Shown here: piece by piece, positions 13,260-23,147 of the stretch
How positions within the stretch are numbered: position 1 is the first letter of the stretch
Layout of the letters: each line of letters starts with the position of its first letter
Program-made: the position numbers and the translations under genes
The notes under the pieces: model-generated
What the model saw: the letters and a program-made list of their open reading frames with translations, nothing else
The model's database searches: none
What the model was told of the DNA's origin: nothing
Origin: Hemiscyllium ocellatum
Taxonomy: Eukaryota
Assembly (NCBI RefSeq): GCF_020745735.1
Contig: NC_083433.1
Coordinates: 2,677,363-2,741,362 of the forward strand
DNA: 64,000 bases
Direction of reading: 5' to 3'

Positions 13260-16145
13260 ATGCCTCATCCTGGGAGACAGCTGGTTGGAGTCTTTCTCCT
13301 CCTCTTGGCTTTCGGGGAGTTGAGGAGGGTGAGTTGCTTGGCTTTCAAACACTGTGTTGGTAAACTGTTGAAGCACACCTTTACTTGTACACACCGTAAT
13401 ATCTCAGAGCTAAAGGAGGCTGTCTCAGACCTTCCTGCATATGTCAAGGTTCTTAATATCTCCTTCAATTCAATCAGGATTTTATATCGCCACGGTCTGG
13501 AAAATCTAACCCAGCTAGAACTTTTGAGACTGGACAATAATAATCTGACAATCATTCACCCAGAGGCTTTCTGGAAACTCAGTAAACTCCAACTGCTAAA
13601 CTTATCCTGCAACCAACTGGAGACTCTCAGAGAAGGTATCTTCAAATCCCTTCCCAACCTGACCAACTTAATCCTCAAACACAACAAGTTGACTGGTCTC
13701 TCTGGAGAAGGTATTTTGCCATTAAAGAGGTTGAGTGTTCTGGATATTTCTTTCAACATTTTAAGGAATGTTTCATCTTTCTTTGCAGTTCTTAGCAGTT
13801 TTACTGGTCTGAGAACTCTAAATGCTGAAAACAACAACATCAGTGCTTTAGAAATCTCCTCACATTTCCCTCCCAACCTGACCCACCTCCTTCTAGCCAA
13901 TAATGCCATCTCGCAACTCCAGGCACCTGACACTTTTTTTGCAAATATCGTTCACTTGGATTTATCCTACAACAAATTGTCAAGCTCTAAGGAATTAACT
14001 TCACCCAAGTTCACCAGACTTCGCTTCCTGAATGTGCAAGGTAACCCCTTGGGTAAGGATGGGATTATTTATACTGTTCAAAACTTGAATGCACCATTGA
14101 CAAACATCACCCTGTCACACCTGGCACTGAATGACAGAGTGACACTGGCGAAACTGTGTAAAATCATCCAGAAAAAAAAGATTGTGGCATTGGAGCTGAA
14201 AGGCAATGGACTTCGTAAGGTGAGTGGTGCCTTCAGCAACTGTCAGGATATTTTATCTTTGGATTTGTCTCACAATCAAATCAAAAAGCCAAACATTTTT
14301 GGCAGTTTGGATATTCCTAACAACCTACAATTATTAAATCTAGACCATAATTCGATTCGAGATGTCTCTTTATGTGGCTCACGGCAAAATATGAATGAAA
14401 ACAGATCTAGTCCATGTTTAGAGAACATCCTGCATCTGACCTTCAGATCCAATCACATTTCTGCCATTAGATCGCACGCATTCCAAGATTTAAAAAACCT
14501 GCGCTTTCTTTCCTTAGCTTTGAATGAGATTAATTTTATAAACATTACTGCATTTGTGGGTCTAACCAACCTAAGAATGCTGTCACTCACTAACAATGCA
14601 ATTGGAGAGATTTTTCAGGAAACCTTCACTAACCTTGTAAACCTGCAATCCCTGAAGCTCAGGAATAACAGGATTCCCATTGTGTACAGTAAGACTTATT
14701 CCAGCCTCTCTAATCTGACTATACTGGATTTGGGAGGAAACCACATTCAGAATATTAAAAAAGGAGGTTTTAAAGGACTCAAGGCTTTAGAAAGACTTTA
14801 TCTGGACAGAAACTGGTTGTCAATAGTTTCTCAAGAAATGTTTGAAGATCTCGAATCCTTGAGGGTATTGGACCTTGCCAACAATAAGTTATCTTTTCAA
14901 GTCAGTGACTTAAATTTTCCTCCATTCATTTATCTTCACAATCTCCAAATGCTAAAATTACAATCTCAAGAGTCATCTGGTCTTAGCATGTTACCTCATA
15001 ATCTGTTTGATGGGCTTCAGCGGCTAAAGACACTTGATATATCCAACAACAAGTTTGTAAATCTCAATACACTGCCCTTCTATGCACTTACTAGTCTAGA
15101 GAAGTTGTACATGAGTGATATTTGTAATGGGTTCCAGACAATGCATCACTTAACTTTTGCTAACCTAATAAATCTTCGACATCTGAGTCTGGAGAATGTT
15201 GGCTTGGAATCCATCAGGAAAATCCTCTTTCAAAATCTAACCAGCCTCAACTCTTTGATGTTGTCAAGCAATATGATCCATGTGATCCAGGAGAAGGATA
15301 TCCCCCCATTGCACAATCTCACCTATCTGAACCTGCAATTTAACCCCATCTCCTGTGTTTGTGACAATGTTTGGTTCCAGCAATGGGCTACTAGCTCCCG
15401 TGTCCAGGTTGCTTTTTTCTACCAGTATCCATGTGTGGACAGTGGGGGTAAGAAAACAAAGCATTTTGCAGAGTTTGACAGCTCAGTGTGCAATGATGGC
15501 TTTGTGGTGTTTTGTGCAACAGCCCCAGTTATATTTGCTTTCATGATAACAGTTGTGGTCTACCAGAAAAGCAAGTGGAGTTTCCACTATGGATATTACT
15601 TGCTCCAGGCTTGGATTCATGAAAACAAACTCCAGAGGAATCATACCAAAGGCTACAAGTTCGATGCTTTTGTATCCTACAACTCAAAGGATGAAGCTTG
15701 GGTTTTTGACCAACTAATGCACAATCTGGAGAATGAGGGGCCTCCATTTCACAAGCTCTGCTTCCACCATAGGGACTTTGAAGTGGGTAAACCTATTGTG
15801 GAAAACATTGTTGATGCCATCTACAAAAGCAGAAAGACAATTTGTATCATCTCCAAGAATTATCTTCAAAGCGAATGGTGCTCCATGGAGATGCAAGTTG
15901 CCTTGTATCGACTCTTTGATGAACACAGTGATGTCCTCATCTTGGTTTTCCTTGATGAGATCCCTGGCTATGTGCTCTCTTCTTACCATCACCTACGTAA
16001 GCTGGTGAGAAAGAAGACCTACATTAATTGGCCCGCTGATGAGTCTGGGCAAAAGCTTTTTTGGATCAAGTTAAGAGATGCTCTCAAGAAAGCACGCCTA
16101 GCTTCTGACGAATCGATTCCTCAACTTACTGAGTCCACAAACTAA
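13260..16145 (+). CDS. Toll-like receptor, TLR11/13/21/22 family (TLR21- or TLR29-like), single coding exon, 961 aa
   Basis: Uninterrupted ORF; first ATG at 13260 with A at -3 (the ORF track starts at an upstream TTG). It has a signal peptide, LRRNT cysteines, about 25 LRRs, LRRCT NPISCVC...YPC...C, TM FVVFCATAPVIFAFMITVVVY, and a TIR domain FDAFVSYNSKDEAWV...LCFHHRDFEVG...SRKTICIISKNYLQSEWC...FW. The TLR call is secure; the exact orthologue needs a phylogeny. Confidence 0.95.
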   Translation: MPHPGRQLVGVFLLLLAFGELRRVSCLAFKHCVGKLLKHTFTCTHRNISELKEAVSDLPAYVKVLNISFNSIRILYRHGLENLTQLELLRLDNNNLTIIHPEAFWKLSKLQLLNLSCNQLETLREGIFKSLPNLTNLILKHNKLTGLSGEGILPLKRLSVLDISFNILRNVSSFFAVLSSFTGLRTLNAENNNISALEISSHFPPNLTHLLLANNAISQLQAPDTFFANIVHLDLSYNKLSSSKELTSPKFTRLRFLNVQGNPLGKDGIIYTVQNLNAPLTNITLSHLALNDRVTLAKLCKIIQKKKIVALELKGNGLRKVSGAFSNCQDILSLDLSHNQIKKPNIFGSLDIPNNLQLLNLDHNSIRDVSLCGSRQNMNENRSSPCLENILHLTFRSNHISAIRSHAFQDLKNLRFLSLALNEINFINITAFVGLTNLRMLSLTNNAIGEIFQETFTNLVNLQSLKLRNNRIPIVYSKTYSSLSNLTILDLGGNHIQNIKKGGFKGLKALERLYLDRNWLSIVSQEMFEDLESLRVLDLANNKLSFQVSDLNFPPFIYLHNLQMLKLQSQESSGLSMLPHNLFDGLQRLKTLDISNNKFVNLNTLPFYALTSLEKLYMSDICNGFQTMHHLTFANLINLRHLSLENVGLESIRKILFQNLTSLNSLMLSSNMIHVIQEKDIPPLHNLTYLNLQFNPISCVCDNVWFQQWATSSRVQVAFFYQYPCVDSGGKKTKHFAEFDSSVCNDGFVVFCATAPVIFAFMITVVVYQKSKWSFHYGYYLLQAWIHENKLQRNHTKGYKFDAFVSYNSKDEAWVFDQLMHNLENEGPPFHKLCFHHRDFEVGKPIVENIVDAIYKSRKTICIISKNYLQSEWCSMEMQVALYRLFDEHSDVLILVFLDEIPGYVLSSYHHLRKLVRKKTYINWPADESGQKLFWIKLRDALKKARLASDESIPQLTESTN

Positions 16146-18379
16146 TTCCATGAAATAATCCATCATTCTCAGGCAGGATTATCATACCAACATTACAGTT
16201 GTTGTGGAACTGGCCTACAGGGCTAATCGCTGACGTCTCACCTCCAAGATCTGATTTATGGAACAGGAAGAGGTAATTCAACCTCTCCATCCTTCTCCTC
16301 CCTTCGATTAGATCATGGCTAATCTGTACCTCAAATTCATTGACCTGCCTTTAATCCAAATCCATCATATTCTTACCAAGAAAAGACTATAAAATCTTAG
16401 CCATGTTAATTTCAATGGAATTCCCTTGCACTATCATCTGGAAGCTTCAGGTTTGTGGAAGAAACGTGCTTCCTGTTTCCTCCACTGTCAAATGCTCTCG
16501 TTCTGATTTGAAAATGCTGAGCTTTTGTTTTCGATTCCATGGTAAAGGAACTAGTTTCTCTCTGGCTACCTATCAATTCTCTTTGTCACTGGAAACTTCA
16601 AGATCAGAGCACTCAGCAGCTTTCTAAACTCAAAGGATTATAAATCAAATTAAACTCATAATTTCACCCTTTGAACAACAATATAATTCTGGTTAATTTG
16701 CACTTAGCCATTCGAAGGTCATGATGTCCATTGAATTTGCCAATTCCTAACACAGGAACCAGGGCTCCGCACAATTGAAATACATTTTATTTTCACTTTG
16801 GACTCCAACTCCCTTGGGATAAACGCTAGCATTCCATCCATTTTCAATTACTCTTGTTTGCATTCTAGCTCAGACTATTGGGATGAAAATCTCCTCTGTT
16901 GATTGTAAAGGTCCAATATGAAAGGATATTTTGAATGTAATGATTCCACTTGCAAAGGGCTTTAGTTCCCTGTAAAATGTCTCCAGGCCCAGCTCCCATT
17001 ATAAATGTATTACATGCCTGAATTTAGAAGGGAAAAGGTTTACAGAAAGTAAGTACAGAGTTCGGATTTTTAATATCTTATAGATACAAATTGTAAACTG
17101 TTTATCTGAAATTGTAAGAACTGAGTTATTACAGATTTATTGCTCTTAGTATGGTTGGGTTGGGCTGAAGGGTCTGTTTCCGGGCTGTATAGTTCAGTGG
17201 CTCTATATCTCAATATCAGGAAGTTTCTACTTTGTGATTAATGTGACAATCCAAACATGTCTTTTTATTTGTGTGTCTATTACAGTAAATACCCAAATCT
17301 TGTTTCCTTCTTGTTTATGCTTATTTTTATTTGACCATTTTGTTTTTAACATTTGTTTTGAATGTCATGTTGCTGATGCTCAAAACTGATGCTCTTGTAT
17401 TTTTCTGTTATGACACACTTCTTTTAAGTCCAATCTTGGCAAGGGGGCATCACTGGCTAGACCAGTATTCACATGGCACTTTGAACCATTTGTTGACTTG
17501 GTGATTTAACTGCCAGCAATAACACAACCCCAGTATCTGAGGCCAGTGCACATATACAGAATGCTGCAGATAGCTATACCTGCATTCATATCAGCCAATC
17601 ATCTAGGAGTGTTAGGTTTTTGTCCTGATGTTTCACACGAGATGCAATTCGCACACACCAACCTCTGCAAACAGTTAAAGTTTGTTCAAGCCTGTACAAG
17701 CTAAGCAACCCTCTTCACAGACGTGTGAAGTCAAGCCCAATGAGTCCTGAATAAAGGAAGCATATCCCCTTTATACAGGTCAGTTGGTAATGCTTACAGG
17801 TACTCTGGCCACTCCACCCTTCCCACCCCCCACAACCACATGTTACCGCAGGTACAATGGGAGGATGACATCATCCTCATAAATAATGTAAATGTAAAAG
17901 CCCTAATCCTCGGGAATATTTATGCAGATGATTTCCTGGCTCCCAAGACAATGTAGGTGGGATATGCAACAGTATCAGAGGATAATCACCAATTTGGTCA
18001 GCTGGGGGTGGTTATGAAAGCATTACTGAATGGAAGGGGCTGAATGCAAGTCTGATTTGATAACAGTAGGAGTAAATGGTTGCCCAAATGAACTGGGAGT
18101 CATCCACATTCCTGCATGAGTGTCATCCCCATCCACTTCCAGAAGGTTCAGTTTCTGGAGAAAGACAGTACAGTTTAACCCTTTAACATGACATTAATGT
18201 TCAGAGGGAGGGTACAGTTTAATCTTTCAACATTACAAAAGAAACCCAAGAGAACGATGCAGTCCCATGAAGCTTGGGTAACAGCCCATATCAACTGGCA
18301 GTTTCAGAGACACCAGCATTATGTTAAGATTGACTAATTGCTAGGAAAAAGTGATATAAGTTCAAGATTTATGATGGGA

Positions 18380-18790
18380 TAGGAAGAGACTGGGGCTGTT
18401 TTCCCTGCAGTGTTGGAGGTTGAGGGGTGACCTTATAGAGGTTTATAAAATCATGAGGGGCATGGATAGGGTGAATAGCCGAGGTTTTAGGGTGGGGGAG
18501 TCCAAAACTAGAGGGCATAGGTTTAAGATGAGAGGAGAAAGATTAAAACGGACCTGAGGGGCAACCTTTTCACCCAGAGGGTGGTGCATGTATGGACTGA
18601 GCTGCCAGAGGAAATGGTGGAGACTGGTACAATTACAACATTTAAAAGGCATCTGGATGGGTAAATGAATAGGAAGGGTTTGGAGGGATATGGGCCAAGT
18701 GCTGGCAAATGGGACTAGATCAGATTGGGCTAAGTGGTCAGCATGGATGGGTTGGGCTGAAGGGTCTGGTTCAATGCAGTATGACTCAGT
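18380..18790 (+). mobile_element. CR1 LINE 3' fragment (similar copies at ~20700-21060, 24620-25320, 41190-41545 and 61250-61780 on plus; 55400-56090 on minus)
   Basis: Shared AGAGGGCATAGGTTTAAGGTGAGAGG...CAGAGGGTGGTG...TTTAAAAGGCATCTGGATGG...GAAGGGTCTGTTTC 3' region. Confidence 0.85.
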
Positions 18791-21129
18791 GTTTCCTGTG
18801 TGTGTCTTGTAGGCTTATGTCCTGCCAATTCCTTCTGTTCTGAAAGAGAAATTTTCTTTCCCAACAAAGACTAAAACTATTAAGGAAATCTTGTAAGACT
18901 GGGATCAATAAGATTTTCCACTGGAGTAAGGGGAGAAGGTTATAAAATACCACAGCATACTGTTGGAGTTACAATGCAGATCCGCCATGATCTGATTGAA
19001 TGAACAGAACAGTACAAGGGGCTGAATGGCCTCTGCCTGTTGAAAGGAAGATGGTGGTGTAGTGGTAATGTCATTGGGCTAACTGTCCTGAGGAAATTGG
19101 GGACATAGGTTTAAAACTCATCATGGCAGCTGGTAGAATTTTAACAAATCTGAAATTGAAAGTTAGTCTCAGTCCCTGTTAACCAGAATGACCATCATCA
19201 ACTGTTATAACAACCCTCCTGGCCCACTGCTATCCTTTAGAGAAGGAAATCTGCTGTCTTTAGCTAGTTTGGCTTACATGTGACTCCATGTCCAGGCCAG
19301 TGTGGTTGATCCTAATTGCTCTCTGAAATGGCCTGGGAAGTTACTCAGTTTTAAGGAGCAATGAAGGGTGGGTAACAAATGCAATCCTTGCCAGTGATGC
19401 ACAATCCTAGAAAAGAAAAAGCTGGCTCCGTGGGTCCCTGCTCACAGTTAGATGGGATCTTGGATGGTACAAATGGGTCAGTATTGATTCAACTCCCAAA
19501 GCCAATGCAACACTGCCATCACCTGGTTGTCACCTCCAGCTGCAAATATAACCCACTCCACAATCCGTGATGGATTTGATGCATTTGATCGTGATCCATT
19601 TATTCCCAGCCCAAACCCAAAACTACAATAAAAGGCACAAGTTGCTCCAAGTTAAACTACAACTCAGCCAGTAATTTCTAAATTATGAGGAACAAAAGGG
19701 GAGAATAATCAGAGGCCAGTTGTAACTAACAAAAGCTTCCCACCACTGATACAGTTCTTCGTTTTTTTTAAAATAAGGATTGTTTCAAGATTGTAACCTG
19801 AGTGTTTGAGCTCTTCTTAACGCAAATATTTTACAGTGTTAACATTTGGGGAGTTGTGGCTGGAGAGATAAACAAGGTGAATATATGGGTGGAGATTCAA
19901 AACAAAGTGAAATAAATTTATAATTACGGTGGGCCATCAGGAGGGAAACCACCAGACATTTGTGGGATGTGAGTATTGCTGGCTGGGTCACCACTTATTG
20001 CCTGTCCCTAGTTGCCCCTTGAGAAGATGGGGATGGGCTCCCTTCTTGAACCGCTGCAGTCCGTGTGCTGTGGGTTGACCCACAGTGCCCTTAGAGAAGG
20101 GATTCCAGGATTTTGACCCAGTGACAAGAAGGTACGGTGGTATATTTCCAAGTCAGGATGGCGACTGGCTTGGAGGGAGCTTGAAGGGGTGGTGTTCCTA
20201 TGTATCTGCTGCCTTTGTCCTTCCAGATGGAAGTAGTTGTGGGTATGGAAGGTGCTGTCTGAGGATCTTTGATGAATTTCTGCAGTGCATCTTGTGGACA
20301 GTATACATTGCTGCTACTGAGCGTCAGTGGTGGAGGGAGTGGATGCTTGTGGAGGCAAAGAGTTTAAGAAATCTGGAATTCTCTCGCTCAAACATTTGTC
20401 AATGATGAGGATCAAGTTCATCTTTTAAGATTGACAGTAACACATTTTATTTGGGCTGAAGTGGGAGAAAGGATTTAACCTTTAGATCAGTCCTATTCAG
20501 GCTGAACAACACAAACCTTTCGGGTTTAATGGTCTCTTGTTCAGATCCACACAATGTGCATCATACCCACAGGACTGAATGCCCTCTCATAATATGTTTG
20601 TTCAATAAATTTTTAATGAACCAAGTGTTTGACTCTGTGCTTGATGTAATGCTTGCAAAGCAGCCAAGCCCATTACAAAGTTGACATTCCTAAGGGGATT
20701 GGTGTGCTATATAAAATTATGAAGGGAATATACAAGATAGAAGCAGGGAGGTTTCTTCCATAGTGGGTGAAACTAGATCTAGGGGGCATAGCCTCAAATT
20801 AAAGGGGAGCAGGTTTAGGACTGAGTTGAGGAGGAACTTGTGAATCTGTGGAATTCCCTGCCCAATGAAGCAGTTGATGCTACCCCATTGCCTTAAAAAC
20901 ATTCAAAGATGGGTTTGAACAGTAAAGGAATTAAGGATTATGGTGAGCGGATGGATAAGTGGAGCTGAGTCCATGAAAAAATCAGCCATGATCTTATTGT
21001 ATGGCGGAACAGGCTCGATGGGCCAAATGGCCTACTTCTGCTCCTGATCCTTATGTTCTTATCTCTCCCTCTGCAGTTTTCCTCTTTCACTGTTTTCCAG
21101 TGTAGATCTGAGAGGAATAGACCAAATAA

Positions 21130-22160
21130 TTATAGGCCAGTCAGCTTTCAATGGTGAAATACAGAACAAGCCATCACTGAGAAAAGCAAAGATTAATCAA
21201 GGATATTAATCAGGGATAGTCAACACAGTTTTGTTAAGGGAATATTGTGTCTTACTAACTTTATTGACAGCTTTGAGGAAGTAACAAGCGGGTTTGGTGA
21301 GGGTAATGCAGTAAATGGTGTCTGCATGGATTTTAGTCAGGCATTTGACAAGGTCCCACATGGCAGACTGATCAGAAAATTAAAATAGGATACAAGGGCA
21401 ATGATGAATTGGATCCATAACTGGCTCAGAGAAAGAAAACAAGCCGGTGACCCATAGGCCCTTTGCTGTTTGTGAGATTATGTTTCAGATTGGGAAATTT
21501 GCTCTTCACACAAAAATTGGCAGGTAGTTAATATCGGAGAGGTGGTTGGTAGTGAAGAGATAGTGGACAGTGAAGAAGTAACTGTCGACTGCAGAATCAG
21601 ACCAGTGACTCTTTGAAACCCCCAAAAAGCAGAAACTAAGTTTGGTCTGAAGAATGGTGAGGTAATGCGTTTCAGGACGGCAAACAAAACTAGAAATTAC
21701 GCAATAAACAGGAAAATGTTGAGCAGATTAAAGGAAGCAGAGACCTCGGAGTGATTGTTCGTGGGTCTCTGAAAATGGCAGAATAAAGGTGGGGAAGGAA
21801 GCAGGTTGAACACTTGCCTTCATTAGCTGACGTGTAAATCCAAAAACTGGGATTTAATGCTGGAATTTTATTAAAATGCTGTCACGGCCACAGTTGGTTT
21901 TCTGTGTACAATTCTGGTTACCACATAAAGATATCATTGATGTAGAAAGAGTACAGAGGAGATTTACAAGAATATTGCTAGAGTTGAAAGTTTCAGCAGT
22001 GAGGAGGGATTGGACAGGCTAAGGTTGCTTTCCCTAGGACAGCGGAGGCTGAGGGGTGGCATCACGAGGCGTACAAAGTAATAATTCGCTTTAATGTTGT
22101 GGACAGGAAACACCGGACGTCCCTGAGCAGAGGCAGAGAGATGCTACCAGCGAGCACTGA
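21130..22160 (+). mobile_element. Decayed CR1 RT fragment (continues ~23160-23400)
   Basis: AATTATAGGCCAGTCAGC (NYRPVS), GGATAGTCAACACAGTTTTG and GCATTTGACAAGGTCCCACATGG (AFDKVPHG). Confidence 0.75.
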
Positions 22161-22164
22161 CTTA

Positions 22165-22490
22165 GGGTGGCATGGTGGCTCAGTGGTTAGCACTGCTGCC
22201 TCACAGCATCAGGAACCCAGGTTCAATTCCAACCTCAAGTAACTGTGTGGAGTTTGTACATTCGCTCCATATCTGGGTGGGTTTCCTCCAGGTGCTCCAA
22301 CTTCCTCCCACAGTCCAAAGATGTTCTGGTTAGGTGAATTGGCCATGCTAAAATTGGCCATAATGTTCAGGGACCTATAGGTTAGGTGCATTAGCTAGGA
22401 GTAAATATAGAGTGATCAGATGGGACACTCTCAGAGGGTCAGTGTGGACCTTAGGGCCAAATGGCCTGTTTCCACACTGTAGGGATTCTA
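22165..22490 (+). mobile_element. tRNA-derived SINE, HE1/V-SINE-like (other copies ~12205-12530 +, 56510-56815 +, 63255-63600 +, 11140-11412 -, 37078-37440 -, 38490-38730 -, 54870-55030 -, 62600-62820 -)
   Basis: A box TGGCTCAGTGG and B box GGTTCAATTCC, body TGTGTGGAGTTTGCACATTCTCCC...TCCTCCCACAGTCCAAAGATGTG, and a CR1-like tail GGGCCAAATGGCCTG...GGGATTCTA. The family name is from memory. Confidence 0.8.
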
Positions 22491-22511
22491 TATAAGATCA
22501 TTGGTAGAGGA

Positions 22512-23147
22512 CGTGTCTGGATGTAAGTTTGCTCGCTGAGCTGGAAGGCTCGCGTTCAGACATTTCGTCGCCATACTAGGTAACATCTTCAATGAGCCTC
22601 CTGACGAAGCACTGCTGATGATTCCTGCTTTCTATTTATATGTTTGGGTTTCTTTGGGTTGGTGATGTCATTTCCTGTTCCTTTTCTCAGGGGGTGCCAA
22701 ATCAGGTCCAAGTGAATGTGTTTGTTGATAGAACAAATGTCATGCTTCTAGGAATTCTCATGCGTGTCTCTGTTTGGCTTGTCCTAGGATGGATGTGCTG
22801 TCCCCCCGAAGTGGTGGCCTTCCTCGACTGTAAGGATATTAGTGAGAGAGGGTCATGTCGTTTTGTGGCTAGTTGGTGTTCATGTATCCTGGTGGCTAGT
22901 TTTCTGCTTGTTTGTCCAATGATTTACCACCCCCTGAGAGAAAAAAAACAAGAATTGACATCACCACCCCAAAGAAACCTATTAATGTAAATAGAAAGCA
23001 GGACTCATCAGCAATGCTTAGTCTGGAGGGTCACTGAAGATGTTACCTAGTAGGATGACAAAACGTCTGAACATGAACCTTCCAGCTCAGTGAGCAAGCC
23101 TACATCCAGAACCTCAACCTGAGCTACAAATCTTCTCAAAACTCACT
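22512..23147. mobile_element. Penelope-like remnant (family C) with inverted pseudo-LTRs
   Basis: Inverted ends and a 37-nt tail related to that of the 43835 element. Contains a GIY-YIG C-terminal fragment on minus (HEHQLATKRHD). Hammerhead-like tca CTGAAGA...AAACGTC tga at 23031. 15-bp TSD ATCATTGRTAGAGGA (22497 / 23148). Confidence 0.85.

Noticed and set aside
22165-22240. tRNA genes at A/B-box sites
   Set aside because: All such sites are SINE heads that run on into SINE bodies; none forms a complete cloverleaf.
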